In this document: positions 36,217-49,354 of the stretch, in pieces
Layout: the number at the start of each line of letters is the position of its first letter
Numbering within the stretch: the stretch's first letter is position 1
Assembly: GCA_964016885.1 (NCBI GenBank)
Contig: OZ024744.1
Location: 27,404,001 to 27,468,000 of the forward strand
Reading direction: 5' to 3'
DNA from: Eledone cirrhosa
Lineage: Eukaryota
Length of the DNA: 64,000 nucleotides
Notes under the pieces: generated by a model
What the model saw: the letters and a program-made list of their open reading frames with translations, nothing else
The model's database searches: none
Told to the model about the DNA's origin: nothing
Translations under genes and position numbers: made by a program

Positions 36217-39023
36217 AGAAGAACTGCGAAACCGGTAAAGGAACGAAATAAATATATATATTTTTTAAAAAATAAGCTCCAGTTGCATTTTCTATTTATA
36301 TATATTAGATAGTGAAGTTTTTTTTACAAATGTAAAATAACTGAGGTGTCCTACACGAATAAAAGTATAAAGTAAAAAGATGAAATCGAAAATGCAACTG
36401 GAGTCTTATTTTTTTTTAAATATATATATTTATTTGGTTCCTTTACCGGTTTCGCAGTTCTTCTTCTTTTCAAAAGTAGAGTTGAGATGGAGGGTCTGTG
36501 GTTTTTCACACATCTGGTTGGTCTTTGAATGTTACTTCTGTTTTATATGGAAAAAAGTGGCTCGAAATGCCAGGTTTTTAGTGAAGTAATTTGATTGGTT
36601 GGTGAATAAGTATAATAAATTTCGCGCCAGTTCGCGTTACATAGTTCTTTAAACAAGGGGGGGGGGGGCTCAGGTTGTTTTTTTATATATGAATGAAGTT
36701 TGGTTGGTTGCTGCAGTCATGTGAATAAGCACATCAGCTTTCGCGCCAGTTTGAGTTTGAATTTCTTTTTACTTAAAAAAAGGTGGCTCACGAAGGCTTT
36801 TTTTTATAAATGTAATTTGATTGGTTATAAATGAAATTATGACTGTCACGTGAACAAGTACATTAAATTTCGCGCCCGTATTTTGGAATTTTTTTATTGC
36901 CAGTTAGAGGATTTTGTGCCAAACAAAGGTAATGGTTAAGAAAAACGGGATAGGGAGAATTGTTCTTGTTCAATGAATATGGCTGGTTCGCTGGGGTGTC
37001 AGAATTCAGACTTTCTATTGAAATAAAGAAAGTAGAGATATGTATGTTTATATGTGTGCTTGTGTGTGTGAGTGTGTAGGAAGATGATTCTATTGGTAGA
37101 AATGGGGGAGGGAGTTGTGTGTGTGTGTATGGGTGTTATGTATGTGTGTGTGGGAGTATGGTTAGCATGTTAAGATGAAGAGAATATATATATTGTGTGT
37201 GTGTGTGTGAAGGAAAATGATTCTATTAGTAGAAATGGGGGAGGGAGTTGTGTGTGTGAGTATGAGTGTTATGTGTGTGTGTATGGGTGTTATGTGTGTG
37301 GGTGTGTATGTGTGTGTGGGAGTATGGTTAGCATGTTAAGATGGAGAGAACATATATATTTTCTGTGTGTGTGTGTAGGAAAATGATTCCGTTAGTAGAA
37401 ATGGGGGAGGGAGTTATGTGTGTGTAGTGATGTGGGGGTGGTTAGCATGTTAAGGTGTTAGAGTATTAACGTATGTTAAGGTTTATTTAGTTCTGGTTTT
37501 TATTTTCTAAAGTAGAAGGTGTTATGTGTGTGTGTATGTGTCTGTTTGGATGGTTAGCATGTTATGATGTTGACATAATGTATATTAAACTATATTTAAT
37601 GCTGGTCTATAATTTTGAATAAACATATTTTCCTTATTTATTCGTATTTGTTCTGTTGTATTGTCAGCGCAAAGATAAAATGGGAAGACTTGGAATTTGG
37701 GTGTCTTATTACTTGCGCATATGTCTAGATATGCACTTAGTGGTATCTGTCTCGTGGTTGGATCTCGTAATTGTTGGCGATGAACTGTCATTCTGTTTCT
37801 GAGTGTGAGTTTAGTTTGTCCTATATAATCTTCATTGCATCCTTTATATTTAATGGCATAAAGTAGATTTTTTGATGACCAAGAGAAGTGATTTTTTACT
37901 GCAAAATGTTGTCCTCATTGAAATGTATACGTGTTGCCTTCAATGAGGTGAGTGCATGTTCCACAATTAGAGCGACCACATTATTTGACAGTTCGTTGTG
38001 GATTTGTGTTAGGGAATTTGGTATTGGTGAGTAATGTTTTTAGTGATTTCGGTTGTCTTTTGCTTTTGATTATTTTGTGTGTTTCAAGGGATTTTTTCAT
38101 TATTGGATCTTGTTTCAATAGTGGGATGTTCTTGTGAATAGTGTTGTAAGCTTCCGCATTTCTTGGGTTGTGTGATGAGATATATGATAGAATATTGGAC
38201 GTACCTTGAATTTGTTTCTGTTTTCGTAATTCATCAATGCCTATTACTTTAGCCCTTTCTGTTCCGTTATTTATTAGTAATGGTGGCTACTGTCTTTCGA
38301 GTAGAATTTCCTATAATTCTTGAAGTCTTTTATTTCGTGTTTCATAATTGGAGACAATTGTGCAAATTCTTCTTGCTAGGTTAAAAGGAATGTTCGTCTT
38401 CGTGTGCTTTGGATGGTTGGGGGTGAATAGCAGGTACTGTTTGGAATCTGTTGGTTTGTAGTGTATGTCAGTTTCAATATCTGTGTCTTTTTTTAAGATT
38501 AAGATGTCCAGAAATGGGAGTTGATCTTGGCTGTATTCCATTGTGAATTGGATGTGGTTATTGATGCCGTTAATAAAATTTTTGAAATCATTTAGTTGGT
38601 TGAGTGTGGGGGACCAAAGTATGAGACAATCATCCAAGTAGCGTTTCCAATTCTCTGATAAGTAAAGTAAAAAGTAATCCAAACACAAGCTGGCGCGAAA
38701 GCTGGTGTGCTTATTCACGTGACTGCAGCAACCAACCAAACTTCATTCATATATGAAAACACAACCTGAGCCCCCCCCCCTCTCCCCTTTGTTTGAAGAA
38801 CTTTGTAACGCGAACTGGCGCGAAATTTATTATACTTATTCACCAACCAATCAAATTACTTCTCTAAAAACCTGGCATTTCGAGCAACTTTTTTCCATAT
38901 AAAACAGAAGAAACATTCAAAGACCAACAAATTGTGAGAAAAACCACAAACCCTCCACTTCAATTCTACTTTTGAAAAGCAAAAGAACTGCGAAACCGGT
39001 AAAAGAAACCAAATAAATATATA
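36217..39023 (-). mobile_element. Penelope-like element (Neptune type), 5'-truncated, with inverted terminal pLTR segments
   Basis: Minus strand: WKRYLDDC..FTME..LPFLD..KPT (RT), CGRSNCGTC linker, LLYAIK..CNEDYIGQT..RMTVH (GIY-YIG). 36421-36752 and 38688-39023 are inverted copies. Confidence 0.88.
37585..38685 (-). pseudogene. PLE RT C-terminus + Cys linker + GIY-YIG endonuclease, with stops
   Basis: ORF fragments 38311-38739 and 37585-37791 plus manual translation between them. Confidence 0.85.
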
Positions 39024-39230
39024 TACAAGTATGTACACGTACATACATATATGTAGACCGACGTACAGTAGTATGTATATATATATACATACATGCACAC
39101 ATATATATATGTACGTATGGATTCACCGAACATTTATTATAATGCTCGGTGTGTTTGTAAACAAACATCCCGTATTAATCCGTAGTGTCTAGCAACCATC
39201 GTTGCTCGTTTGTTCAACACTGACAAAAGA

Positions 39231-39273
39231 ACGCTGTACTAGTTTCAAGCTTATTAGCTATCGTCAGCAACGT
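39231..39273 (-). ncRNA. Minimal type I hammerhead ribozyme motif
   Basis: Minus strand ACGUUG-CUGACGA-U-AGCU-aaua-AGCU-U-GAAAC-UA-GUA-CAGCGU: both core boxes, stem I of 6 bp, stem II of 4 bp, palindromic stem III. Confidence 0.7.
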
Positions 39274-39602
39274 ATACCTTCCTGCCAGATTGTTGAACGT
39301 CTGAAAGCATATACTTTCCTTATGCATATTAACAGCCGTTATTAACTATTAATCTCTCGGATTAGAGATTTAATCTGTTTCGTCCTGAAAATTGTGTTTG
39401 TAACAGGTACTACGTAGGCTATCTTCAGCGAGAGACAAGATTAAAAGTGACAAACACCTAAGACAGTAGGTAACTAAATACTACAGAAGGGAATAATTTA
39501 CCTCGTGTGTCAGTCGTTAAAAGTGGCGTGCATGGATCGGCTAGAAATAATAGCCTAAATTCACTCAACTTGTAAGCTCACCAAATTAAGGAGCCGAAAT
39601 TC

Positions 39603-39677
<75 letters not shown>

Positions 39678-39919
39678 TATATGGGGGTGGGGTTATGTGT
39701 GGGATTGTTTGCGTGTATATGTTTATGCATTATTTTCAACTTTTCAACTTTAAAATATTTTTTTTTAAATTTCATTTCATCTTATTTATTTATCAGGAAA
39801 CAACTGCGGTTGATACAGCCACCGATCATCTTGCATCTGCTTGTCATTGGATTCTGGCTGTTGATACTTAGAGAGCAGCATGTGTGTAGCACAAGCATGT
39901 GCTACTTTCATTTCCTTTG

Positions 39920-40380
39920 ATCTCCTGCGGCGATAGGGAAACAGCGACGTGTACAGATCTAACTAGTTGGAAGTATGCAGTTGCTAATCCACACGTAGGC
40001 GGCTGAAGGTTTATCTAACGTCGTTGTCAGTTATTGGAATGGAACTGGCTTGTGTCTTTTGATTCTAGCGGAGCCTTTTGTGACTGAGCAGCCCTTTCCA
40101 AGGAGAACACTGTTCACCCAAATCTTTGGAGGAGCCTAGAAAAAGTGACCCTAACATTCTCTGTTCCACCTTCAAGCTGGTCAGCGACTTGCTGCTGACG
40201 TCTGTTCATATTGACAGGAAAAAGAAGAAGAAGAAAAGTAATTTTCAGTAGAATTTTCCAAAGAATAGAATTATATTGTATGTTGCTACGTGGAATGTTA
40301 GAACACTTCTTGACAGGGAATCATCCACAAATCCAGAACACAGAATTGCTATTGTTGGCAGAGAATTGATCGGGTATATT
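39920..40380 (+). mobile_element. RTE-clade LINE 5' fragment (UTR + APE N-terminus)
   Basis: VATWNVRTLLDRESSTNPEHRIAIVGRELIGY at about 40283-40378 matches the RTE TWNVRTL...RELARY pattern. The 5' boundary is a guess. Confidence 0.7.
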
Positions 40381-40502
40381 ATTTCTAGCCATCTAGATTC
40401 TCACCAAGTGCCTGATGAGGATTTTATATTACAGTTGGGAGTAACAAAATAAATAAATACTTATCTGCACAGTAAACAGTGAGGAATGGCTCCGAATTCT
40501 TG

Positions 40503-40740
40503 AGGGCTCTCTCAATTGACTATAACACCAACAGAGAATGTTCTGTCTTGAGGGATGACTCTCTCAATTGACTATAACACCAACAGAGAATGTTCTGTCT
40601 TGGAGGGATGACTCTCTCAATTGACTATAACACCAACAGAGAATGTTCTGTCTTGGAGGGATGACTCTCTCAATTGACTATAACACCAACAGAGAATGTT
40701 CTGTCTTGGAGGGATGACTCTCTCTTGACCATGACACCAA
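40503..40740. repeat. 53-bp tandem repeat, ~4.4 units
   Basis: actctctcaattgactataacaccaacagagaatgttctgtcttggagggatg repeated almost perfectly. Confidence 0.93.
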
Positions 40741-40832
40741 AAAACTGGAGGTCAGAACAGAATTTTTGAAAAAATGTATTCCAATAATTTTCCAGAAATT
40801 TACTTCTATTTTTGTTCTACCACAAGTCATGT

Positions 40833-41130
40833 GGAAGCGCAGGGCCTAGTGGTAACGGTGTTGAACTTATGACCATAATGTCGTGAGTCCGATTCTTTGA
40901 GTGAGTTGTATGTTGTGTTTTTGAACAAAACAATTCATTTCACGTTGTTCCAATATATACACTCAGCTGAAAATGAATCCCAGCAATAGATGGAGGGAGA
41001 GTAACCCAACGATTGACTGGCGTCTTGTCCAGGAGGGTGTCTTCTACTCTCAGTCGCTTCACCCCCACAGAAACCTGGATAAGCACTGCCTTGGTGAGCC
41101 TCCGGGCTCGATACAGGCTTTAGACTTTAA
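40833..41130 (+). mobile_element. tRNA-derived SINE, degraded
   Basis: A-box-like ggcctagtgg, B-box-like gagtccgattc, then catttcacgttgttcca...ctcagctg shared with the 62330-62920 SINE; different 3' half. Confidence 0.7.
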
Positions 41131-42029
41131 ACTCAAGTCATCCCTGATTAGGCAAACTTATGATCAAATTCATTTCGTCTTACTGTATATCGAGGACTGC
41201 AATCTTCATTCTGCCAAACTCTTTTTTATAAAAACACAAAAACAAACAAAAAGATGGTAGAATTATGAATCTGAAGTAAGTTGGCTGCTATTTCTAGCAG
41301 GTCGAGTGACTGTGTATGAAGATGAGACCTTCTCGTTGGCCCATAAGTATATTTAGAAGATATGTCACAGGGCGTGTCCAGTCTTTTCAATGTAGTCAAT
41401 TTGAGCGAAGTTAAAATAATGTGCATTTTGAGCGATGCCTATTAAGCGATGTCAGTTTGGGTGAACCTCAAACTGATTTTTTAAAGACACTTTGATAAAT
41501 TGATAAAAATAAATATATACTAGAAATCTACAATTTTTTTGAACAAATAATTATTGTGTAATTTTGTACAAATAATTACACAATAAGTGAATAGAAAATT
41601 ATTAAAAATCGACACATTTTATGGTAGAAAGAATTAAAAATTCACAACGCTTAAAATAAAAAAAAATACTTTTCTCTGAAATTACCATTCGTTCTTAATG
41701 TTTCGCTCGAAATAACTTCGCTGAATATGACTGGAACCGTCTCAGGGCGTTGTATCCATAACCGCCTCTTCTGTCTTTAGAGTGGAATGGAAATGATATG
41801 AAATTGAAACCAGCTCTAGTAACGCCATTTTTACACTAACTCTGAAGATAAAGATACGGATACAGATTCTTTGACAAGGATAACGAAGTTTCTATGAACA
41901 ACCACCACCAAACAAATACTATGAAATACACGTTTTTTTTTTGAATTTGTGTTTGATTTGTTACCGTCTTTTTGTTTTTGTTCTTGTATTTTGATGTATA
42001 TTTTATTTTTTCTTGTTTAGTCATGTGAC

Positions 42030-42622
42030 ATACCCCACCCATCATCACAATCACCACTGCCACCCCACCCTATTACCACCATCAACACTAACACCAACAA
42101 TAACATCAGCACCACGATCACCACCACAATCATCACCACCATCAACACGACAACCATAAATATCGCCATCACCCATCAATATCTCCCCATCATCACCACC
42201 ACCGCCATCGGCTCGATCACAACCTCCACCATCATCACCACCATCTCTGAAACCACCGTCACCACCATCTCCACCAACTTGGCCACCCTCATCACCGATA
42301 CCACCACCACCACCACCACAACCACCACAACCACCACAACCGCCACCAACACAACCACCACAACCACCACCACCACAATCACCACCACCACCATCACCCT
42401 AACCACCATCACCACCACAACGACCACCTCCACCACCACCACCACCACCACCACCACAACCACCACAACCACCACCACCACAACCACCACAACCGCCACC
42501 AACACAACCACCACAACCACCACCACCACAACCACAATCACCACCACCACCATCACCCTAACCACCATCACCCTAACCACCATCACCACCACAACGACCA
42601 TCTCCACCACCACCATCACCAT
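42030..42622. repeat. (ACC)n-rich tract
   Basis: Direct reading. Confidence 0.92.
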
Positions 42623-42730
42623 CTTGTTTGAAACTAAAAAAAATAAAATAAAATAAAATAAATAGAATAAACTCCCAGAAAGTACATCTAAATAAACATG
42701 TCTTTTAAATTCTTCAACTTCGTAAAGATA

Positions 42731-43088
42731 GGTGGAGGTGGTGGTGGTGCTGGTGCTGGTGGTGGTAGTGGTGGTGGTGGTGGTGGTGATGGTAGAGCTG
42801 GTGGTGCTGGTGGTGGTAGTGGTGGTGGTGGTGGTGGTGGTGATGGTGGTCGGGGTGGTGGTGGTGGATAGTTGTGGTGGTGGTGGTGGTGGTGGCTTTG
42901 GTGGATGTGGGGTAGGGGTGGTGGTCATGATGGATGTGGTGGTGGTAGTGGTGGGTGGGATGTGGTGGTGATGGTGGTGGTGTTAGTGGTGGTGGTGGTG
43001 GTGGAGGTGGAGGTGGATGTGGGGCTGCATGTGATGGTGGTGGTGGTGGTGGTGGTGGTAGTCGTCGTCGTCGTCGTGCTGATGGTGG
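42731..43088. repeat. (GGT)n-rich tract, opposite orientation to 42030-42622
   Basis: Direct reading. Confidence 0.92.
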
Positions 43089-43170
43089 AAAGAAAACTGT
43101 CCAAAACTTTAGCAGCGACAGATTTCTCCACCCTCTTTGATATTAATCTACAATATATATATATATATAT

Positions 43171-43300
43171 ATAGGAACAAGTATGACCCCGACGGCAGAG
43201 CTCAAGCCGTTTCGACGGCTAATTCTGGACAAAATTAACCGTCCAGAATGAGCCGTAGAAACGGATTGAGCTCTGCCGTCGGCGTCATATTTGTTCCTAT
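43171..43300. repeat. 130-nt hairpin (60-bp arms, 10-nt loop)
   Basis: Arms 43171-43230 and 43241-43300 are reverse complements at 55 of 60 positions by manual alignment. Confidence 0.92.
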
Positions 43301-43376
43301 TACCCACACTACTACCTTAAGTATTGAGTATTTTGGTGCGTTATGGTCCATCTGGTTCCTTACCACATTTCCTTCG

Positions 43377-43420
<44 letters not shown>

Positions 43421-43424
<4 letters not shown>

Positions 43425-46400
43425 ATATATGGTGGTTAGTTATGGGGACAGGGTGTATATGGTGGTTAGTTATGGGGACAGGGTGTATATGGTGATTAGT
43501 TATGGGGACAGGGTGTATATGGTGATTAGTTATAGGGACAGGGTGTATATGGTGAATAGTTATAGGGACAGGGTGTATATGGTGGTTAGTTATGGGGACA
43601 GGCTGTATATGGTGATTAGTTATGGGGGCAGGGTGTATATGGTGATTAGTTATGGGGACAGGGTGTATATGGTGATTAGTTATGGGGACAGGGTGTATAT
43701 GGTGATTAGTTATGGGGACAGGGTGTATATATATGGTGATTAGTTATAGGGACAGGGTGTATATGGTGATTAGTTATGGGGACAGGGTGTATATGGTGAT
43801 TAGTTATAGGGACAGGGTGTATATGGTGGTTAGTTATGGCGACAGGGTGTATATGGTGATTAGTTATAGGGACAGGGTGTATATGGTGATTAGTTATAGG
43901 GACAGGGTGTATATGGTGATTAGTTATAGGGACAGGGTGTATATGGTGATTAGTTATGGGGACAGGGTGTATATGGTGGTTAATTATAGGGACAGGGTGT
44001 ATATGGTGATTAGTTATGGGGACAGGGTGTATATGGTGATTAGTTATGGGGACAGGGTGTATATGGTGATTAGTTATAGGGACAGGGTGTATATATATGG
44101 TGATTAGTTATAGGGACAGGGTGTATATGGTGGTTAGTTATAGGGACAGGGTGTATATGGTGATTAGTTATGGGGGCAGGGTGTATATGGTGGTTAGTTA
44201 TAGGGACAGGGTGTATATGGTGATTAGTTATAGGGACAGGGTGTATATGGTGGTTAGTTATGGGGACAGGGTGTATATGGTGATTAGTTATAGGGACAGG
44301 GTGTATATGGTGATTAGTTATAGGGACAGGGTGTATATGGTGATTAGTTATAGGGACAGGGTGTATATGGTGATTAGTTATAGGGACAGGGTGTATATGG
44401 TGATTAGTTATAGGGACAGGGTGTATATGGTGATTAGTTATAGGGACAGGGTGTATATGGTGGTTAGTTATGGGGACAGGGTGTATATGTTGATTAGTTA
44501 TAGGGACAGGGTGTATATGGTGGTTAGTTATAGGGACAGGGTGTATATGGTGATTAGTTATAGGGACAGGGTGTATATGGTGATTAGTTATAGGGACAGG
44601 GTGTATATGGTGATTAGTTATAGGGACAGGGTGTATATGGTGGTTCGTTATGGGGACAGCGTGTATATGGTGATTAGATATAGGGACAGGGTGTATATGG
44701 TGATTAGTTATAGGGACAGGGTGTATATGGTGATTAGTTATGGCGACAGGGTGTATATGGTGATTAGATATAGGGGCAGGGTGTATATGGTGATTAGTTA
44801 TAGGGACAGGGTGTATATGGTGATTAGTTATGGCGACAGGGTGTATATGGTGATTAGTTATAGGGACAGGGTGTATATGGTGATTAGTTATGGCGACAGG
44901 GTGTATATGGTGATTAGTTATAGGGACAGGGTGTATATGGTGGTTAGTTATGGGGACAGGGTGTATATGGTGATTAGTTATAGGGACAGGGTGTATATGG
45001 TGGTTAGTTATAGGGACAGGGTGTATATGGTGATTAGTTATAGGGACAGGGTGTATATGGTGATTAGTTATAGGGACAGGGTGTATATGGTGGTTAGTTA
45101 TGGGGACAGGGTGTATATGGTGGTTAGTTATAGGGACAGGGTGTATATGGTGATTAGTTATAGGGACAGGGTGTATATGGTGGTTAGTTATGGGGACAGG
45201 GTGTATATGGTGATTAGTTATAGGGACAGGGTGTATATGGTGATTAGTTATAGGGACAGGGTGTATATGGTGATTAGTTATAGGGACAGGGTGTATATGG
45301 TGATTAGTTATAGGGACAGGGTGTATATGGTGGTTAGTTATAGGGACAGGGTGTATATGGTGATTAGTTATATGGACAGGGTGTATATGGTGGTTAGTTA
45401 TGGGGACAGGGTGTATATGGTGGTTAGTTATAGGGACAGGGTGTATATGGTGATTAGTTATAGGGACAGGGTGTATATGGTGGTTAGTTATGGGGACAGG
45501 GTGTATATGGTGATTAGTTATAGGGACAGGGTGTATATGGTGATTAGTTATAGGGACAGGGTGTATATGGTGATTAGTTATAGGGACAGGGTGTATATGG
45601 TGATTAGTTATGGCGACAGGGTGTATATGGTGATTAGTTATAGGGACAGGGTGTATATGGTGATTAGTTATGGGGACAGGGTGTATATGGTGATTAGTTA
45701 TGGGGACAGGGTGTATATGGTGGATAGTTATGGGGACAGGGTGTATATGGTGATTAGTTATGGGGACAGGGTGTATATGGTAGATAGTTATGGGGACAGG
45801 GTGTATATGGTGATTAGTTATGGGGACAGGGTGTATATGGTGATTAGTTATGGGGACAGGGTGTATATGGTGATTAGTTATGGGGACAGGGTGTATATGG
45901 TGATTAGTTATAGGGACAGGGTGTATATGGTGATTAGTTATAGGGACAGGGTGTATATGGTGATTAGTTATGGGGACAGGGTGTATATGGTGGTTAGTTA
46001 TGGGGACAGGGTGTATATGGTGATTAGTTATGGGGACAGGGTGTATATGGTTGTTAGTTATGGGGACAGGGTGTATATGGTGGTTAATTATGGGGACAGG
46101 GTGTATATGGTGATTAGTTATGGGGACAGGGTGTATATGGTGGTTAATTATGGGGACAGGGTGTATATGGTTGTTAGTTATGGGGACAGAGTGTATATGG
46201 TTGTTAGTTATGGGACAGGGTGTATATGGTGATTAATTATGGGAACAAGGTGTATATGGTGATTAGTCATGGGACAGGGTGTATATGGTGATTAGTTATG
46301 GGGACAGGGTGTATATGGTGGTTAGTTATGGGGACAGGGTTTATATGGTGGTTAATTATGGGGAAAGGGTATATATGGTTGTTAGTTATGGGACAGGGTA

Positions 46401-47179
46401 TATATGGTGGTTAATTATGGGGGACAGGGTGTATATGGTGATTAATTATGGGGACAGGGTGTATATGGTGATTAGTTATGGGACAGGGTGTATATGGTGG
46501 TTAGTTATGGGGACAGGGTATATATGGTGGTTAGTTATGGAGACAGGGTGTATATGGTGGTTAGTTATGGGGACAGGGTGTATATAGTGATTAGTTATAG
46601 GGACAGGGTTTATATGGTTGTTAGTTATGGGGACAGGGTGTATATATGGTGGTTAGTTATTGGGACATGTTGTATATGGTGGTTAGTTATGGGGACAGGG
46701 TGTATATGGTGGTTAGTTATTGGGAGAGGGTGTATATGGTGATTAGTTCTACACTGGGCACAGGGTATATATGGTGATTAGTTATGGGGACAGGGTGTAT
46801 ATGGTGGTTAGTTATCGCGACAGGGTGTATATGGTGGTTAGTTATGGGGACAGGGTATATATGGTGGTTAGTTATTGGGAGAGGGTGTATATGGTGGTTA
46901 GTTCTACACTGGGCACAGGGTATATATGGTAATTAGTTATGGGGACAGGGTATATATGGTGATTAGTTATGGGGACAGGGTGTATATGGTAGTTAGTTAT
47001 GGGGACAGGGTGTATATGGTGGTTAGTTATGGGGACAGGGTATATATGGTGGTTAGTTATTGGGAGAGGGTGTATATGGTGGTTAGTTCTACATTGGGGA
47101 CAGGGTATATATGGTGATTAGTTATGGGGACAGGGTGTATATGGTGGTTAGTTCTACACTTGGGACAGGGTGTATATGC
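43421..47179. repeat. 30-bp minisatellite (GGGTGTATATGGTGRTTAGTTATRGGGACA)n, ~125 units
   Basis: Direct reading; homogeneous centre, degenerate right end. Confidence 0.97.
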
Positions 47180-47384
47180 TAATTTCATTTTCAAAACCAA
47201 CAATAACTTTCCAAAGAAAGTAAAATTAAATAAATAAACATAATCTAAAATAAAATGGTAATAAAGATATAAATACAAATATACTCTGATATTTGGTGGC
47301 AACTTTTTTATTTCCTTTCTCATTGTTTAGATGTTTCTGTCACTGAGGACTAAAGTTACATAGAGTGGTAGAGTAACTAGAGTG

Positions 47385-48575
<1,191 letters not shown>

Positions 48576-48764
48576 GTAGATTAGAACATCGTCCATTGTA
48601 AGCATAACGATTGTTAAATTTCCGCCTTTCTTTTTCTCTCCCTACCACTGCTTTTCTGCACCGTCTTCCATTAAATCCTCCATCCATGCTCCAGTAATTT
48701 CGAGAACTTTCGAGAACGATCGACAGCGGAAGGAAACGATAAACCACTCGACTAAATGTAAGTA

Positions 48765-49250
48765 CGGACCCGTAACTCATGATACGGCGTTTCTTGGGCA
48801 TTTTAAGCTTGGCGGAGCTCATCCCTCTCCTGGTCTGAGTACAGCAGATTTCTTCAAGAGAAAAATAGAAAGTAAGAGAGAGGAAATGAGAAAGATATAT
48901 AGAGTAAGAATCAACCGCAGTATTAGACTGGTACTTTTTTTATCGACCTCGAAAGGAAGAAAGGCAAAGTTGACCTGGGCTGAGTGCAGAGAAGAAATAC
49001 CATAAAGTATTCTATCCTAAGATTATCTAAATGTATGTAAAGACCCGTAACTCCTGGGGAAGACGTAGGAGCGAGGTAGGGATATACAGTGTGTCTTGGG
49101 TATTTTAAACTGGCATTTTATTTTATCGACTTCGGAAGTATAAAACGCAGGGTTGACCTAGGTCGGATTGAAACTCAGAAAGCATGAAGAGGCAAACGCA
49201 GTACCATTAAGATTTCTATCTAACAACTATACTGACTCGCCGCCTTCCAC
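48765..49250 (-). mobile_element. S2 SINE plus a second rearranged SINE fragment
   Basis: Homologous to 31845-32170; second core at about 49115-49250. Confidence 0.7.
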
Positions 49251-49354
49251 GACTAAGTATCACACTTATATGTTGTGTATTTTTAACACATCCTCAAATT
49301 TGTAGACTATGTCTGTTCAGCAATCAAGACAGAGGTAGGTCATTGAAAGAAGTA

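Noticed and set aside
43324-46742. 711-aa MVISYRDRVY repeat ORF and neighbours
   Set aside because: 30-bp minisatellite is in frame by arithmetic; frame-breaking indels are tolerated.
43421-47179. Telomere-like TTAG/TAGGG words in the 30-mer
   Set aside because: No (TTAGGG)n or (TTAGG)n run; similarity too short.
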